Source: Azolla caroliniana (lineage: Eukaryota; Plantae; Polypodiophyta). From it: DNA of 64,000 bases. The notes beneath the pieces are model-generated. The model was not told where the DNA came from. It searched no databases and saw only the letters and a program-made list of their open reading frames with translations. The DNA is taken from positions 9,796,001 through 9,860,000 of the forward strand of contig JBHGNT010000008.1 in the NCBI GenBank assembly GCA_043228905.1, written 5' to 3'. How positions within the stretch are numbered: position 1 is the stretch's first letter; each line of letters starts with the position of its first letter. The position numbers and the translations under genes were made by a program. Of this stretch, positions 12,676 to 27,052 are shown one piece after another.

Positions 12676-15600
12676 TGTAGAAAGTAACGTGCGGAAGCAA
12701 GTATGAAGACCGAACAGAAGGAAGGAAACTCAGGTTTAATGGAGAGCTTGGGCTTACACGGTATACGCGGGAGAGACACAGAGAGAGAATGCAAAAAACT
12801 ATATTCAATAATAATACTCAGTCTGTTCATAAGACGTGCTAAGTGAGCACTTTTATACAAGTCCTAAAAGGACTGACCGAAGTACTGACAGTACTTCAAT
12901 GCTCATCAAGAGCTCCTACACTAACTCCCAAATATATTCCTCACGTAATATCTTTCCTAACGACCTCCCGGTTTATGCACTCGGCCTAACCGATCCGATC
13001 CTCGGCTTCTTCAGCCGATCCGGCCGATGTTCAGATTGTCTCTCAACACTCCCCCTCAAGCTTAACTCGAGGCTCTTCGGGATCCTCGGGCTCACAGCTC
13101 CGGTTCCTCCTGGCTTCACGCCTCGCTCGCACTCCTCGACCTATTGGACTCCACGCGCTTCGACCCTTCCGGTCGGCTTGTCTGCTCATGTGGCCCTCAA
13201 CAGCTCTTCTGTTGTTGCAGTGTTGACGCTTCTTCCGCTGTCTTTTCTTTCGCTTGGGCCTCGGTTGATTCAGCGTGTCTGAATCAAACATACAGTAAAA
13301 TACTAACCGGTCCGAGTCAACCCGTCCGGATGAACAAGGAAGAGTCTGATTTTGACGTGACGAAGCCCATCCGACGCAGTTGTTGCGTGATCTTCGCGTT
13401 CCAGGCACGCGGGGCTTGCTTCAGTCCGTAAAGGGATTTCTTCAGTCGGCATATTGCCGAGGAGTTCGTTCCGGAGTGAAATCCGGGGGGTTGTACCATG
13501 TACACCTGTTCCTCAAGGTCACCTTGCATGAACACATTCTTTACATCCATCTGATGTAAGTGCCACCCCTTCGCCGCAGCTACTGCGAGCAAAACATGGA
13601 CGGTCGTCATTTTCGCGACCGGCGCAAACGTCTCATCGTAGTCGATGCCGTGTTTCTGCGCGTAGCCCTTTGCTACTAGCCGAGCCTTGTACCGGTTGAC
13701 CGAGCCATCGGTGTTGTACTTGACCTTGTACACCCACCTACACCCAATCGGCTTCACACCCTTCGGTGCGTCAACCAGGTCCTAGGTCTCGTTCTCCGCC
13801 AATGCGTGCATCTCTTCCTCCATCGCGGCACGCCAATTCGTGTCTTTAGCCGCTTCTGCGTAGCTCTCCGGCTCACGCACTTCCGCTACACGGGTCATGT
13901 ACACATAATGATGCGCCATGTACTCGTTGTATCCGAACCGCAAAACAGGATTCTTCTGGCGGGTAGATCGGCGTAATCTCACATTAGCCGATGTCGAGGC
14001 CTTCTCGATCAACGCGGTCTTCACCTTTAAAGACCTGTCACCGGTTCCCTCGGAGTTGGACTCGCGTCGGTCTGACTCGTTCCTTTCCGTGCCGGAATCC
14101 GACACCTTCTTCTTCCCTTTCTCTTTGCGCGTAAGCCGTCTCCTCGGCTTCCTGCGCGGGGAGTGCACGGCCGAGTCTCCACTACTCGCCGGCTCTTCAT
14201 CGGACTGGTCGTATCGACTCAGTCATCCAATCGGTCCACTTAACCGGAGTGAAATCGGACTCTTGTCGCGGGTCTCGATTTCAGGCTCATCCGGAGGCAT
14301 CTCGGCCTCGCTGACCTCATCGTCAGAGCTCGGATTGGAGTTGAGGTTCGTAGTCGGGGGCAGGTACCAGGACGCGTCAAACACAACGTCGCGGCTGACA
14401 CGCGGTTGTTTGGTGCGAGGGTTATAGCACTTATAATCCTTCTGCTCGTCCGAGTAACCGACCAAGATGCATTTCTCGGCCTTTGCGTCCAGCTTCCTCC
14501 TTCTCTCCTTCGGTATATGCACATATGCAATGCTACTGAACACCCTCAAGTGTCGCAAGTTCGGCTTCGTTCCGAAATATAGCTCGTGCGCCGACACTTT
14601 GTCTATGATCCGGTTCTGGATGTATACCGCGGTCCTTACCGCCTCGGCCCAACAGAACTTGGGCAAGCTCTTCTCCTCCAGCATTGCCCGTGCCGCTTCC
14701 ACAACTGACCGATTCTTCCTCTCGGCCACGCCGTTCTGCTCTGGCGTGTATCTACAACTGAATTTGCGGCGAATTCCCATTTGTTGTAGATAACCGTTGA
14801 ATTGACCGGAAAAGTACTCTTTTCCGCCATCCGACCGCAAACACTTGATCTTTCGTCCCGTTTCCGTTTCCACGAACCCTTTGAGGTCCCGGAAACAGTC
14901 GAAGACTTCGCTCTTCCTCTCGATGAGGTAGATCCACGTGTGTCGCGTGTGGTCGTCGATGAAGGAGACGAAATATCAGCTCCCGCCAAGACTAACGTTT
15001 TGTGTCGGCCCCCATACATCCGAGTGTATAAGGTCGAGCTTGTTCCGGCTCCGATTTCGCTCGTTGGGGAAAGGAAGTTGGTGTTGCTTCCCGAGCTGGC
15101 AGGCTTCACAAATTTGTGCCTTTTGGCCACTAAATTTGGGCAATCCGAATACTACCTGTTTCGATTGCAGATCTTGAAGCCGTTGGTGGTTGACGTGGCC
15201 TATCCGCTTGTGCCACAAGTCGATGTCCGACTCGGTCTTTTGTCCCTTCGCGAACATTGCGGTGCCGCCGTCAGTGGAATCGAGGATGAACATCCTCCCG
15301 TCTGTGAGCCCTTGCGCAATCACACGACCCTCTTCCTCAATGAAGCACCCGAGGTGTGTAAACCGAACCTCCATCCCTTGGTCGACGATCTGTCCGACCG
15401 AGACCAAGTTTTTCGTGATTGTCGGAACGTGCAGCACGTTCATGAGTTTCCCTTTCTGCCCGACATGGCTAAGGGGAACTTCTCCGACATTCGCGATCGG
15501 ATGCGGATTGTCGTCTCCTGTTGCGACTACTCCCGGTTGTATCGGTTTTTCAAGGTACGAAAACCACTCCTTATGGCTCGTCATGTGGTTTGATGCGCCG

Positions 15601-17084
15601 GAGTCCACGTACCACACCTCGTTCGATCTCGGGGTGTTCTGCTTCATTGAGTTTGCTTCGTTTCTCGTCACGAAGGCAGTCCCTTCTCCGGCTTTCCCGG
15701 AGTCTTCGGCGTAGTGCGATCACTGCCGATTTCCCTTGTCGGTATGTCTGGAGCCGTTCCCGGAACCAATTCTCTCCGAATCGGCGCACTTCTTCCAGCA
15801 CTCACTTTCCTTGTGGCCTTTCTTGCCACAGTACCAGCACTCTGCGATGGCCTTCCCTTGCCGGTTCTCATCGCTTCGACTCCCCATGTTTCCGGAGGGT
15901 CCGGAGTTGTTGTCGGCATCACTTCGGTGCCTTCTTTCTTGATCTCGTCGGCCGCCTCCATTGCGTGCCGACTCGCCTCGTCCTCCACGTCCACGGGGCC
16001 TATCTTCCTCCGTATATAGCATTCTGTTGTCGGTGTGCGTGCTTGTAGACGCACCCGCGTGGTTCTCCTCTACCAGGAGCATCGACTGTAAGTCGAAAAA
16101 GGACAACGTATTCTCCCGGGTACACACAACCATTCGGAACGCTCCGAACTTCGACGCCAAACCTCCAAGACAGATCTGGACCATCTCACTCTCCTCGATG
16201 TTCACCTCTATGGAGGCGAGGGAGTCGCAGATATCCTTGATCTTCGAGGTATAGTCCGCCACCGACAAGTTGCGTTGTCGTAGGTTGCTCAACTCCTGTC
16301 GGAGCTGAAGCTTCCTGGCTGTGGTGCTCGCGGCGAAAATCTTCTTCAGATTTTCCCACGCACCCTTCGGCGTCTTTGCATCCCGAACATAGCTCAATAG
16401 TTGTTCGCCCACACACAACACGAAGCAGTATAATACCCTGCTCGCCGATTGCTCCCATGACGGAAAGTCTCTGTGTGTTGATTTGGGTGCCGTGTCATTA
16501 GCTCCTTTGACATAACTCCAGTAGCCGTGCCCGAGCAGGTACTGGTGCATCTTGTAGGACCAAGACGCGTAGTTGGTTCTGTCGAGCTTCTCTGTTGGAA
16601 GAGAGCTCGCCATGCCTCTATCCATCGTTCTTCTTGTTCTTCTTCGTCAAGCTGTGTCGGTTGCAGAGAGGTTCTCAACCCTCGTGCTCTGATACCATGT
16701 AGAAAGTAACGTGCGGAAGCAAGTATGAAGACCGAACAGAAGGAAGGAAACTCAGGTTTAATGGAGAGCTTGGGCTTACACGGTATACGCGAGAGAGACA
16801 CAGAGAGAGAATGCAAAAAACTATATTCAATAATAATACTCAGTCTGTTCATAAGACGTGCTAAGTGAGCACTTTTATACAAGTGCTAAAAGGACTGACC
16901 GAAGTACTGACAGTACTTCAATGCTCATCAAGAGCTCCTACACTAACTTCCAAATATATTCCTCACGGAATATCTTTCCTAACGACCTCCCGGTTTATGC
17001 ACTCGGCCTAACCGATCGGTCCCAACCGATCCGGTCCTCGGCTTCTTCAGCCGATCCGGCCGATGTTGAGCTTGTCTCTCAACA
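12676..17084 (-). mobile_element. Ty1/copia element (family A), two LTRs, internal deletion removing the end of RT and RNase H
   Basis: LTRs 12676-13048 and 16698-17084 are near identical; TSD CTAAT (12671-12675 / 17085-17089); PBS TGGTATCAGAGC (16686-16697); PPT 13049-13058. Confidence 0.95.
13317..16625 (-). pseudogene. Disrupted copia gag-pol (gag 15720-16625 with CCHC knuckle; protease/integrase 14223-15671; partial RT 13317-13757)
   Basis: [71 protein letters not shown]; frameshifts and stops between segments. Confidence 0.9.
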
Positions 17085-18871
17085 CTAATGAATGAATCAC
17101 CTCGTTGATGTATTGTACTATTCCATTAGCCAAGTGCACCTTATAGGTGTGATCACTAACGATGGGTTGGATTCAACATATTTGAACCAAATGATCATTT
17201 ACAAAGTTGTGTGAGCTTCCCGAATCAAATAAAAATTGTACGGGAGATCCATTGATATGCCCATTTGCACGAAGTAAATCATTGGGTCCCAATACATAGT
17301 GAGGGAAAGAACATTTACAATTACTTAAATGATGTGTATAGACCTGAAGCACATTAGGAATCCCACCTTTATGGTTTGCATATTTTGTTTTGTTGTCGTG
17401 CTCTTCGGTTGGAGTTTTCGAGGTTGCTCTTTTGTATGACCCTTCTTTTAGCAGAATACGCAAAAAGAATTTTGTCGCTTACAATCATGATCCTTCAATT
17501 CGTTGAGTGTCTTGCGTTTCCCAATGAATTGTGATTGCTTAGTCCTAGACGCTTCGTTGGGTTAGTTATGGTCCTTCTTTGAAGTGCGTTGATAGCGAAG
17601 GACTATTTCAATGGCTTCTTCGAAGGAATTGAGATCCTTATCGTGCACTATCCAGGTATAGTCCGAATTGGGGATGTCATTGACAAAACAAGCTTTTAAC
17701 TAATTGTCCCCTTCTAGACCTGATTTTTGGATTTAGGTTCTAGCATGGTGAACATAGTCTTCTAGCGAGGAAAATTTCTAGCTAGAGAGGTTCATTAAAA
17801 CTTGTGTTACCACGGTTTGAGATGGAGGTTGTAGAAATTGGCCCTGAAAAACTGTAACAAAGTTTGTCTAGGTATCGGCCAAATTTCCCGTAGTGCGGAG
17901 CCCACGCCACCAAGCGGCGGCCTTACCCTCTTGTTCTTGCCCGACATATGAAATCTTTGTACTATCTGGCTTGGGATAGAGCTCGAAATGAGACTCCCAT
18001 CGGCTAGTGCAGATTGCTTCTTCCGTTCTTTTCTTTTTTTCTCCTGCAAAGGGCTATACGACAAATGATGGTTCGCCTTCACGCTCATCGGGTCTATTAG
18101 TATCATGTTGTAAACTAATGACATGTGCCTCGAGAGCAATATGAGATTGCCGAATTATGGAAATCTCGTGCAAGGTAGAATTAAGGAAATTTTGTATTTG
18201 TAAAAAATATGACTCAATGGGGATTGGCCGAGGAGGATTTTCTTGATTTCTTTCTGCTTGTGCAGATGCTATCAGGTCGTTATTATGAGCCATTGAATGA
18301 TAATGTCAAAATTCCTTTGTTGATCGCTATCTGGATAAAGGTCGACCGCATATCAATCGATCACCATCCATCAAGAAGAAAACAAAAACAATAAAAAAAA
18401 AACATTACAATGAAAGCTTTGATACCAATTGTTAGAGCTTAGACCTAAAATAAGCATGAGATAAGGATATATTAGAAAGGAGTGAGAAAGAAGGGTGTCG
18501 ATCCACTTGACCACCCTCGAGCGAAGGGATCGACACGGGTTTGAGCCTCGATGAGCGTCAGATACCACCGCCGTGGCGTGAAGTCGTACCTAGTGCTGGC
18601 ACATTCGCCACAAGAGCTGACCCACCACAATGACAGAGTCTCAATGTAGTTGACAGATGATCAAATGAGGGTAGCTAGGCCTTATATTTATAGCCAGACC
18701 CAAGGTCCGCAGGCAAGTTCACACTTGGCCTAATGGGTTGTCTCAATCCCGAGGATTAAAAGTAATCTTGCCCTTCTTTACACTATCGTTTAACCCTCAC
18801 AAATTATCCACGTGTATAGAATACTACGGTACATTCTCACCATGGGATATTCTATGGTTATGCCCGTAACA

Positions 18872-19761
18872 TGCGGTGTCTTGACAAGTGATCTCTTTAG
18901 TACAAGGAAAAAAATGTGCCATCTTAGTATATCGATAAACCACTGTTCAATGACGGTGAGACCCTTAGAATCAGGAAGAACTGTGATAAAATCCAACGAA
19001 ATGGATTGGCAGGGCCCTCTTGGGATCGGTAATGGCTCCAATAAACCATATGGATGATGTCGGGGCATCTTTGCTCTGCAGCATGTATCACATGTTTAAA
19101 CATAGTCTTCGACAAATCTTCGAATATTGGGCCACCAGAATGATCGAGCTACTAAATCCAACTTTTTAGTACTACCAAAATATCTAGCTGTGTATGTATC
19201 ATCACAATTTTGTATGACCCGAAGGCAAGATGGACCATTGGGAACATACAAAAGATTTTTAAAGAAGAGAAATATATCATGCCATTCAAATTGTCGATAA
19301 TCCGTACCTAGTTGTTGTGACCATGAATAGGATGCTCGAGTGGGATCAATCTAATCTAGGGTATCTTGACCAAAGACATATGTCTTCAAATATTGATGTA
19401 TTGTATCAATAATGTTGGAATCCAATGGAGTATCAAAAACCAAAGTTGCTTGCAGTCGTGTCAGACCCAAGATTACTTCCTTTTTATTATCAAAGGCCAA
19501 ATCACCAGGATAACGTGCTAGATATGAGCATCGTGATAATGCATTTGCCTTCCCTTGTTGCTTGCCCAGATATGTAATCTTGAAGTAGAAATGAGTGAGA
19601 AACTAGGCCCACAGAGCTAGCAATCTATTTAATACACAAGCATTCTAGAAATAGGCGAGATTCTTGTGATCACTAAATACAGTGACTTGATGAGGAGATC
19701 CTTCTAGGAAATGCCTCCATTGTGCAAAAGAGTCCACTATAGCTAATAATTCCATCTCATG
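18872..19761 (-). pseudogene. RNase H/integrase fragment of the Tcn1-like chromovirus family
   Basis: [32 protein letters not shown] and [16 protein letters not shown], nearly the same as 44900-45700. Confidence 0.85.
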
Positions 19762-22700
19762 TGTGAAAGTGTTTTTAGAATCTAAGACATTGAACATTAG
19801 AAGAATATAAAGTATGGATAACTCACATTTGGAGGCTAAGAACACGACCCAAGACCTTAGGAAGAAGTCTAAAGTAAAAGTAAGAGACCAAGTGAAAAGT
19901 AAAAAGAGAAAAAGCGGACCATAAAAAACAGTAAAAAAGGAATGGTTATAACTACTTAGTTTTTCACCCAAATATTATGTTTAAATATAGGTTAGAAAGC
20001 TTATAAAGAGAGCTATCTATAGCTTTTTAAATCCCTAAATTTGGAGCTCTGATAAGGGACATATGACGATTAGAAGGTCTTGGGTCTTGGCTAAAAATAG
20101 GAGATAAAAATCTTTTAAAAATAGCGTGAACGAGGAAGATAAAGAAAATTATAAAAGAGGAAGTGATAGTATTAGATGAGGGGACTAATAGGGAGAGGAT
20201 CCTAATAGAGGAGAGGGAGTTTTAGGAAGAGATATCTTAGTGAAAGAGGAAGGGTCTTAATTGTGGTTTTTGAGTGATTGGTAGTAAGAAGGTCTTTGGT
20301 TTCTTAGTTGAATGTGGAGTTTATCTCCTTTGTATTGTCTTGATGTTGGGATATCATAACAATCTTATCTCTTTCTCATCATCTCTATCTTTTTTTCTTA
20401 ATTTCTTGAGTCTCTCTTGATCTATATAATATATTATGAGTCACAACTCCATCTAACCGGTTTGGTCAAGCCCTCGTATAGTGTAAGATTACCCTTTGTC
20501 TTAAATACCATATCATTTTGGCACTCCAGGGAGGGTTGATCCTTTCCATATAGGAGTGAGAACTTATCCTTTCTTTGTGTTACTATACTACTACATTAAC
20601 TTAGCTATGCAGTTCACGTTTTCGGGTGAAAGAACACAAGTTGCTGGTGCCTTTTTAGCATCCTTTGAGCATCATGTTGTCTCTATTGGACGCATCACCG
20701 ATAATGAGAAGTTACCTTTGTTGGTAGCTACATTCTCTGGTCGAGCTCGAGATTGGTATGACTCTCTTCCACCAAACCAACAAGGTACATATCAATTGTT
20801 GGTGTACTAGTTTCGTGCCAAATATATTCAACGACGAAGTGCAACCGAAGTAAGGGAAGAGCTATTTCGACTAAAGATGGAATCACCACTTGGTTTCATT
20901 GAGTATGAAATAAATTTCAAGGATTTGTGGACAAAATGGATTCGTCTTCGTGGTGGCATTGAAGATGAGTGGTTTAAAATGGAACGATTCAAAATGGGTC
21001 TTGATATGTATTTCCGTTTGGAGGCAAACTTGAAGGATCCTACACCTTTTCAAGCTCTCACTCAAGTTTGTCAAGCTTATGATCGACAAGTGAAGATGAT
21101 GAGTTCCATGGGGGACCCCCAAATGACAGCTTTGGGTGCAAATTTGATGCCTCGTGCAAAATTTCAAGCCTCATCTTCAATTGTCCATGGTGGACAAGTG
21201 TTTCCAAATGTTTATACCACCACAACAATAAACCCAACAAGTATATCTCAAGAAGTGGAACAAGTGAAGAGTGAACAGGATACAATGGCATTGGTGAATC
21301 GGCGCTTTCATGAAGTGATGGCCCACTTGTGACAATACCAAGCAATTCACAACACTATTCTCGATGGTGGTGGCTCTAGAGGGCATTAAGGTGTAATTTG
21401 TTATTCTTGTCAAGAGGAGGGACACATCTCAACAAGATGTCCTCATCGACAACAAAGAGGCATGGGAAGAGACATGTATCAAGTGCAAAGGAATGGACAA
21501 CGACCTAACAACAATGAAGTCGAAGGAGGCATAACACTTCCTATGGCTCAGGTTCCTACAATTCCTCATAATGTGAATCTTCTTAATTTTATTGATGATA
21601 GTGATAATTCTTGTGAAGTAGCTCCTGTGAAAAGGACAAGGTCCTCGCAAAAGGAGAAAGAAGTTGACGGAGAATCTAGTGCCTCAAGACAAAAGAAGAA
21701 GTCTAAGGAGAATGAGAAAGACGAAAAATGGAGAAGGAGACACTCTAGAAGAAAGATCAAGATGGAGGACATTCCTATGGGTGAAGGTGTAGAGGCTTTC
21801 AATTTGAAGCATGAGTTGATATCAAGTGGACCAAGGATAACATGGCCACAACTTCTCCAATTATCTCCCACATTATGAATGGAGTGGGGGCGGTTTGCAA
21901 GTATTCGCCAAAGTCGGAAGACCGTGCATTATGTGAGGATCGTGCGAGTAGAAGATCGAAAGGACATACGACCAACCATCCCCGTCTCCATCAAAGGGTT
22001 TCACATCAAAGATGCTTTGGTTGATAGTGGTGCTAAAGTAAGCTTGATTTCTGAATTTGTGGTAAACAAAGTGGGAATTCCTATTAGTAGGTCATCTTCG
22101 GCAAGGGTGGCTATAGCCGATGGTGGAGTGGTCCATTGCATTGGCATAGTGGAGGATGTGGTCATCAAGTGTTTTGGGGTAAGCATTTCAATGGATTTTC
22201 ATGTAATACCACTAAAAGGACCATCATATTCTTTGGTACTAGGAAGACCATGGATGCAAGAACTCAATGTTGTCCGAGATTGGAGCAAAGGTTTGATGAC
22301 CATAACGCCATCAAAAGGAGTGAGCATACATTATGATATGCGGCAACAACGACTTATTGAGAAAGAAGAAGATGGAATAACTGAATATGATTGCGGGTCT
22401 GCATTTGAAAGTGATGAAAGTGAAGATTCCTCATCAGAATGGGAAATGACAACATCATATGCCGTTTTGAAGGAAGAAGATGATGAAGGAGGTTTAATTA
22501 CTATGGAGCAGAAAGAGAAGATGATTTCTAAATATCTTAAAGGGCAAGAGAAGCAACAATTTATTAATTTGATTTCAGAATTTCCTAACCTTTTTATTAG
22601 TGATTATGCTCATATTAGGGGTGTAGATGTCATCCAACATCATATAAATCTAAAGGAGGGTACAACTCTAGTTCCACAAAAGTTGCAAAGACTAGGTCAC

Positions 22701-23125
22701 GTGCAAAAGGAGGCCTTATTAAAGGAAGTCAAAGCTTTGTTGCGTGCATAGTTCATTTACCCGGTGGAAGATTCTAAATGGGTTTCACCCATTGTGGTGG
22801 TGCCTAAAAAGAATGGAAAATGGAGGGTTTGTGTTGATTACAAACCTCTAAATGCGGCTACCAAGAGGGATCACTTTCGGCTCCCTTTCCAAGATGAAAT
22901 ATTAGATGAAATTGTAGGTCATGAAATGTACTCTATTTGTGATGGCTATTTAGGTTATTTTCAAATTCGTATTGCGGAAGAGGATCAAAAGAAGACGACA
23001 TTCATCACTGCATGGGGATGCTTTGCATATCGATGCATGCCCTTTGGACTCACAAATGTTGTTTTTACGTTTAATCGTCTTGCTATTCATGTATTCAAAC
23101 CATTCTTTGGAAAGTTTGTAAGAGT
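19762..23125 (+). mobile_element. 5' part of a Ty3/gypsy element: LTR 19762-20515, PBS ~20519-20535, gag, protease, truncated RT
   Basis: TGTG...TATCA LTR followed by TTTTGGCACTCCAGGGAGGG; gag remnants 20588-21878; LVDSGAKVSLI and LVLGRPW (21879-22751); WVSPIVVVPKKNGKWRVCVDYKPLN and MPFGLTN (22764-23120). Confidence 0.8.
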
Positions 23126-23289
23126 CCCGGGGGCTTCACTGTCAAAACTTGTATGATAGCACGTGAGTTCATCAAAAGGGGTTTAAATTAGCCATTGAGG
23201 TACAAAATGTATATATATAAGGGTATTAATAAATATTTGAAATATATATTTACATAAGGGCATTATCAATTATGCTAGAAAAAAAATTA

Positions 23290-25456
23290 CATAAGCCCAT
23301 GAAATATTAGATATTTTAATGAAATAGTAAAGAATTATTATGCAAACAATACTCAAATTTGGAGTAGCATATACACATAAATTCTTTCATACATACATAC
23401 ATACATATACATGCATGCATGCATATATACCTACATTCAAACATGACAACAATGAATATGTATGTATGTATGTATGTATGTATGCATGCATGTATAAATG
23501 GGTGTAATGTATGTATAAAAGAATGTATGTGTATATGCACATATATATATATATATATATGCATACATATATACTACACATTCTTACAAACATATTTTAT
23601 ATATTACATATTACACACAATTATATACAAATGCGTATATGTATACATACCAAACACAAAAAATATAAATAAATACATAAATTACATATTATATATACAT
23701 ACACATACACATAAATATTAATCCATAAGATTACATATTATATGCCTTACAGATTTTCACACATACAAACAACAAGTTACATATATTTAATACACACACA
23801 CACACACACACACACACAACACATGCACATAAATAAATTAGATATTACATATAATATAATCCATACATATTACACAATAAAGAAATTTACATACACATAC
23901 ATAAATTACATAGATATATTACATATGTACATACATATTCCACATATCACCATATATATAGATTATACAGAACCATACAAACTACAATACTTACATATAT
24001 ACACACACATTAGATATATGTATACTTACACATACATTGGATATATACATGCATATTACATACATATTACAAACACACATCCGTATACATGCCATACACA
24101 TACTAAACATAAAAATATCCCGAAAATATACATACATAAATACATTACATATATACACATACATACATTCATACATGTACATACATATCACCATACACAC
24201 ATACACATGTATATATATACGCATACATACATATTACAAACACACATCCATGCACATTGAATCATGTACATTGACATATGCATATATGCACACACATACA
24301 TACATTACATATGTACATACATATTCTATATATATACATACACACACATTGGATATATGTATACTTACACATACATCGGACATATGCATATATATTATGT
24401 GTATATTGTAAGCATACACCCTTATATGAGCCATACACATACTAAACACGAAAATACCCCGAAATTATACATACATTACATATATACACATACGTACATT
24501 TTACATTTGTATATGTACATGTAGATACATATATTCATTTATACATTGCTACATGTATATACGTACATATGCCTACAATGTTACACATAAATTTTACAAA
24601 CATACATCCATACACATATATACATACATTATATACATGCATACACATACATACATACATTACATATGTACATAGATATCATCACATACACACACACATG
24701 GTCATACACGCTATAATAGTGCATATATAAATACACCTACATACATTAGATATATACATAGATATCATGCACATGTTACAATCATACATCCACACACATT
24801 AAATCGTGTACATTGACATATCTATATATGCATACACATACATACATTACATATGCATATATGCATACACATATGTATATTTGTACATGGACATATATGT
24901 ATTCATTCGTACATTGCTACATGTATATACATACATATGCCTACAATGATACACGTATAAATTTTGCAAACATAAATCCATACACATATGTATACATGTT
25001 CCACATATTAGATATATACACATATGTACATTCATACATGTACATACATATATTCATACATACACTAAACAATACATATAATACATACATATTATGCACA
25101 TATTGCAATCACACATCCATACACATTGAATCATGTACATTCAAACCTAAAGGAAGGGTAACCGAGGGGTTTAAGGTGTAGCACCGGAAATGCTGCATAT
25201 ATGCATACACACACACACACACATACATACCATATGCATATGTATATGCATGCACATATGTTCATTAGTACATGGACATAAATATATTCATTTATACATT
25301 GCTACATCTACATACACATACATACATTAGATATATACATAGATATTATGCACATGTACAATCGCACATCATACATATTGACATATGCATATATGCGCAC
25401 ACACACCCGCGCGAGCACACACGGACACACACACACACACATACATTACATATGCA
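23290..25456. repeat. ~2.2-kb degenerate (CA/TA/CATA)n low-complexity tract with internal duplications
   Basis: Almost entirely ACAT/ATAC/AC units. Longer blocks such as CACATTGAATCATGTACATTGACATATGCATATATG and ATACACATACTAAACA recur several times. Confidence 0.9.
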
Positions 25457-26133
25457 TAGAACTCTGCTCGCCGATTGTTCCCAGGCTGGGAAGTCTCTGT
25501 GTGTCGATTCGGGTGTTGCATCATTCGCTCCATCGACATAGCTCCAGTATCCATGTCCGAGCAGGTACTGGTGTATCTTGTACGACCAAGATGCATAGTT
25601 ACTTCTGTCGAGCTTCTCAGTTGGAAGTGAACTAACCATACCTCTATCCATTTTTTCCTTTTCTTTCTTCACTGGGATTAGGTTTTTTTTTGTTGTTTCG
25701 AGCTAAAGTCGGCTGCAAAGGTTCTCAACCCTCGCGCTCTGATACCATGTGAAATGTTGCGTGCGGAAGCTATACGAAACATCGAATACCGATTGAGAAA
25801 ATAGGTTTAATGGAGAGCTTAAGACACAATGTACACGGGAGAGACAAAGAGGGAATGAACACACAGAAAAACAAAAAAAATTCAAATAATGTACATAGGA
25901 TGTGCTCAGGGAGCACTTTTATAAAAGTCAATACGGACTGACAGAAGTACTGACACGTACTTCAATGCTTATAATTGAGCTCCTACACTAACTCCCAAAT
26001 ATATTCCCTCGCGGAATATATGTTCAATGGCCTCCTGGTTTCCGCACCGCTATGGCCTCTTGTTGCGCACTCGATTTACGCACCCAGTCTACGCACTGGT
26101 TTATGCACCCAATGTTGAGCTTGTATCTCAAGA
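25457..26133 (-). mobile_element. 5' fragment of a copia family-A element (gag start, PBS 25736-25747, LTR 25748-26133)
   Basis: MDRGMVSSLPTEKLDRSNYASWSYKIHQYLLGHGYW; PBS TGGTATCAGAGC; LTR similar to 12676 and 54091. Confidence 0.85.
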
Positions 26134-26322
26134 CTAGGGTTGTTTGCAAGGACTCACATACGGCCACCAAAAAGGTCTCCATGACCTCGTATTCCGGTGG
26201 CTCCCAGTCTATGCACTGGTTTATGCACCCAATGTTGAGCTTGTATCTCAAGACTAGGGTTGTTTGCAAGGGCTCACATACGGCCACCAAAAAGGTCTCC
26301 ATGACCTCGTATTCCGGTGGCT
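26083..26322 (+). repeat. 120-bp tandem duplication spanning an LTR end and its flank
   Basis: 26083-26202 and 26203-26322 differ at about 2 positions. Confidence 0.9.
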
Positions 26323-26881
26323 ACCATGTTAGCTGGCGTTGGAGACTCTGGAAACGAATAACAAATTTTAAGACGGTTTCATGGTCGTTCTAGCCGATCG
26401 CATAGAACTGGCTTATTAGTTCGCGTTCAGTGATCTGACAATGAAACAATCAAAGGACCCTTGCTTTCAACTGTTTGAAATTTGTGAATTCCATCAAGTC
26501 ATGTTGTGAATACCATTTTTGTGCTTCAACATTGAGGGACAACCCAAATTCTACTATTTTTTATGCGCTCGTGTCGGCCTTCGCTAGTCATTGCAAAACT
26601 TGGTTGGCTTGCCACGTGGTGTGGAAGGCCCACACATGCGCCTCAGCATCGGCTTCGCCATTGTAGTGGGGATACGGACGACATTGTCTCGGTCTCAATA
26701 AAGTCGTGAGCACGGTTGATAGTATGTGGGGTATGGTCACTACTAAGGTCGACCTCCGAACTATTGTTGTTGGTTGTTACGGTCTTGTGTTGCACTTTGG
26801 ATAGGACTTCCGGCCTGAGATGGGTTTGTTTGGTGAGCATGAACTCTACCACACTTTCTTCCTAATTTGGTAGTGAAACAT

Positions 26882-27008
26882 TGTCGCGTAATTACGCGCG
26901 AGCACGTCGGAAAGGGCGGGACTGTGGGGGCCTCGGACGAGGGAGAAAGGGATGCTAGGAAAACCAACACCGGACACGACCCAGAGGTAACCAAACACGA
27001 GGGAGAGG

Positions 27009-27052
<44 letters not shown>

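Larger units (their letters stand above)
9800..18871 (-). mobile_element. Old Ty3/gypsy element (chromovirus-like pol): integrase ~9800-10750, RNase H, RT ~11500-12250, protease, gag ~17300-18293, tRNA-iMet PBS 18416-18427, 5' LTR 18430-18871; interrupted by the copia at 12676-17084
   Basis: Motifs [36 protein letters not shown]; PBS TGGTATCAAAGC on the minus strand; LTR TGTTA...TAACA. Heavily mutated; 3' end missing. Confidence 0.75.

Noticed and set aside
14467-16254. Plus-strand ORFs antisense to copia pol (similar cases at 34900-40100 and 58200-62400)
   Set aside because: Shadow ORFs expected opposite GC-rich coding sequence.
23316-25635. His/Tyr/Ile/Thr-rich ORFs
   Set aside because: Translations of CA/TA microsatellite with no coding signal.
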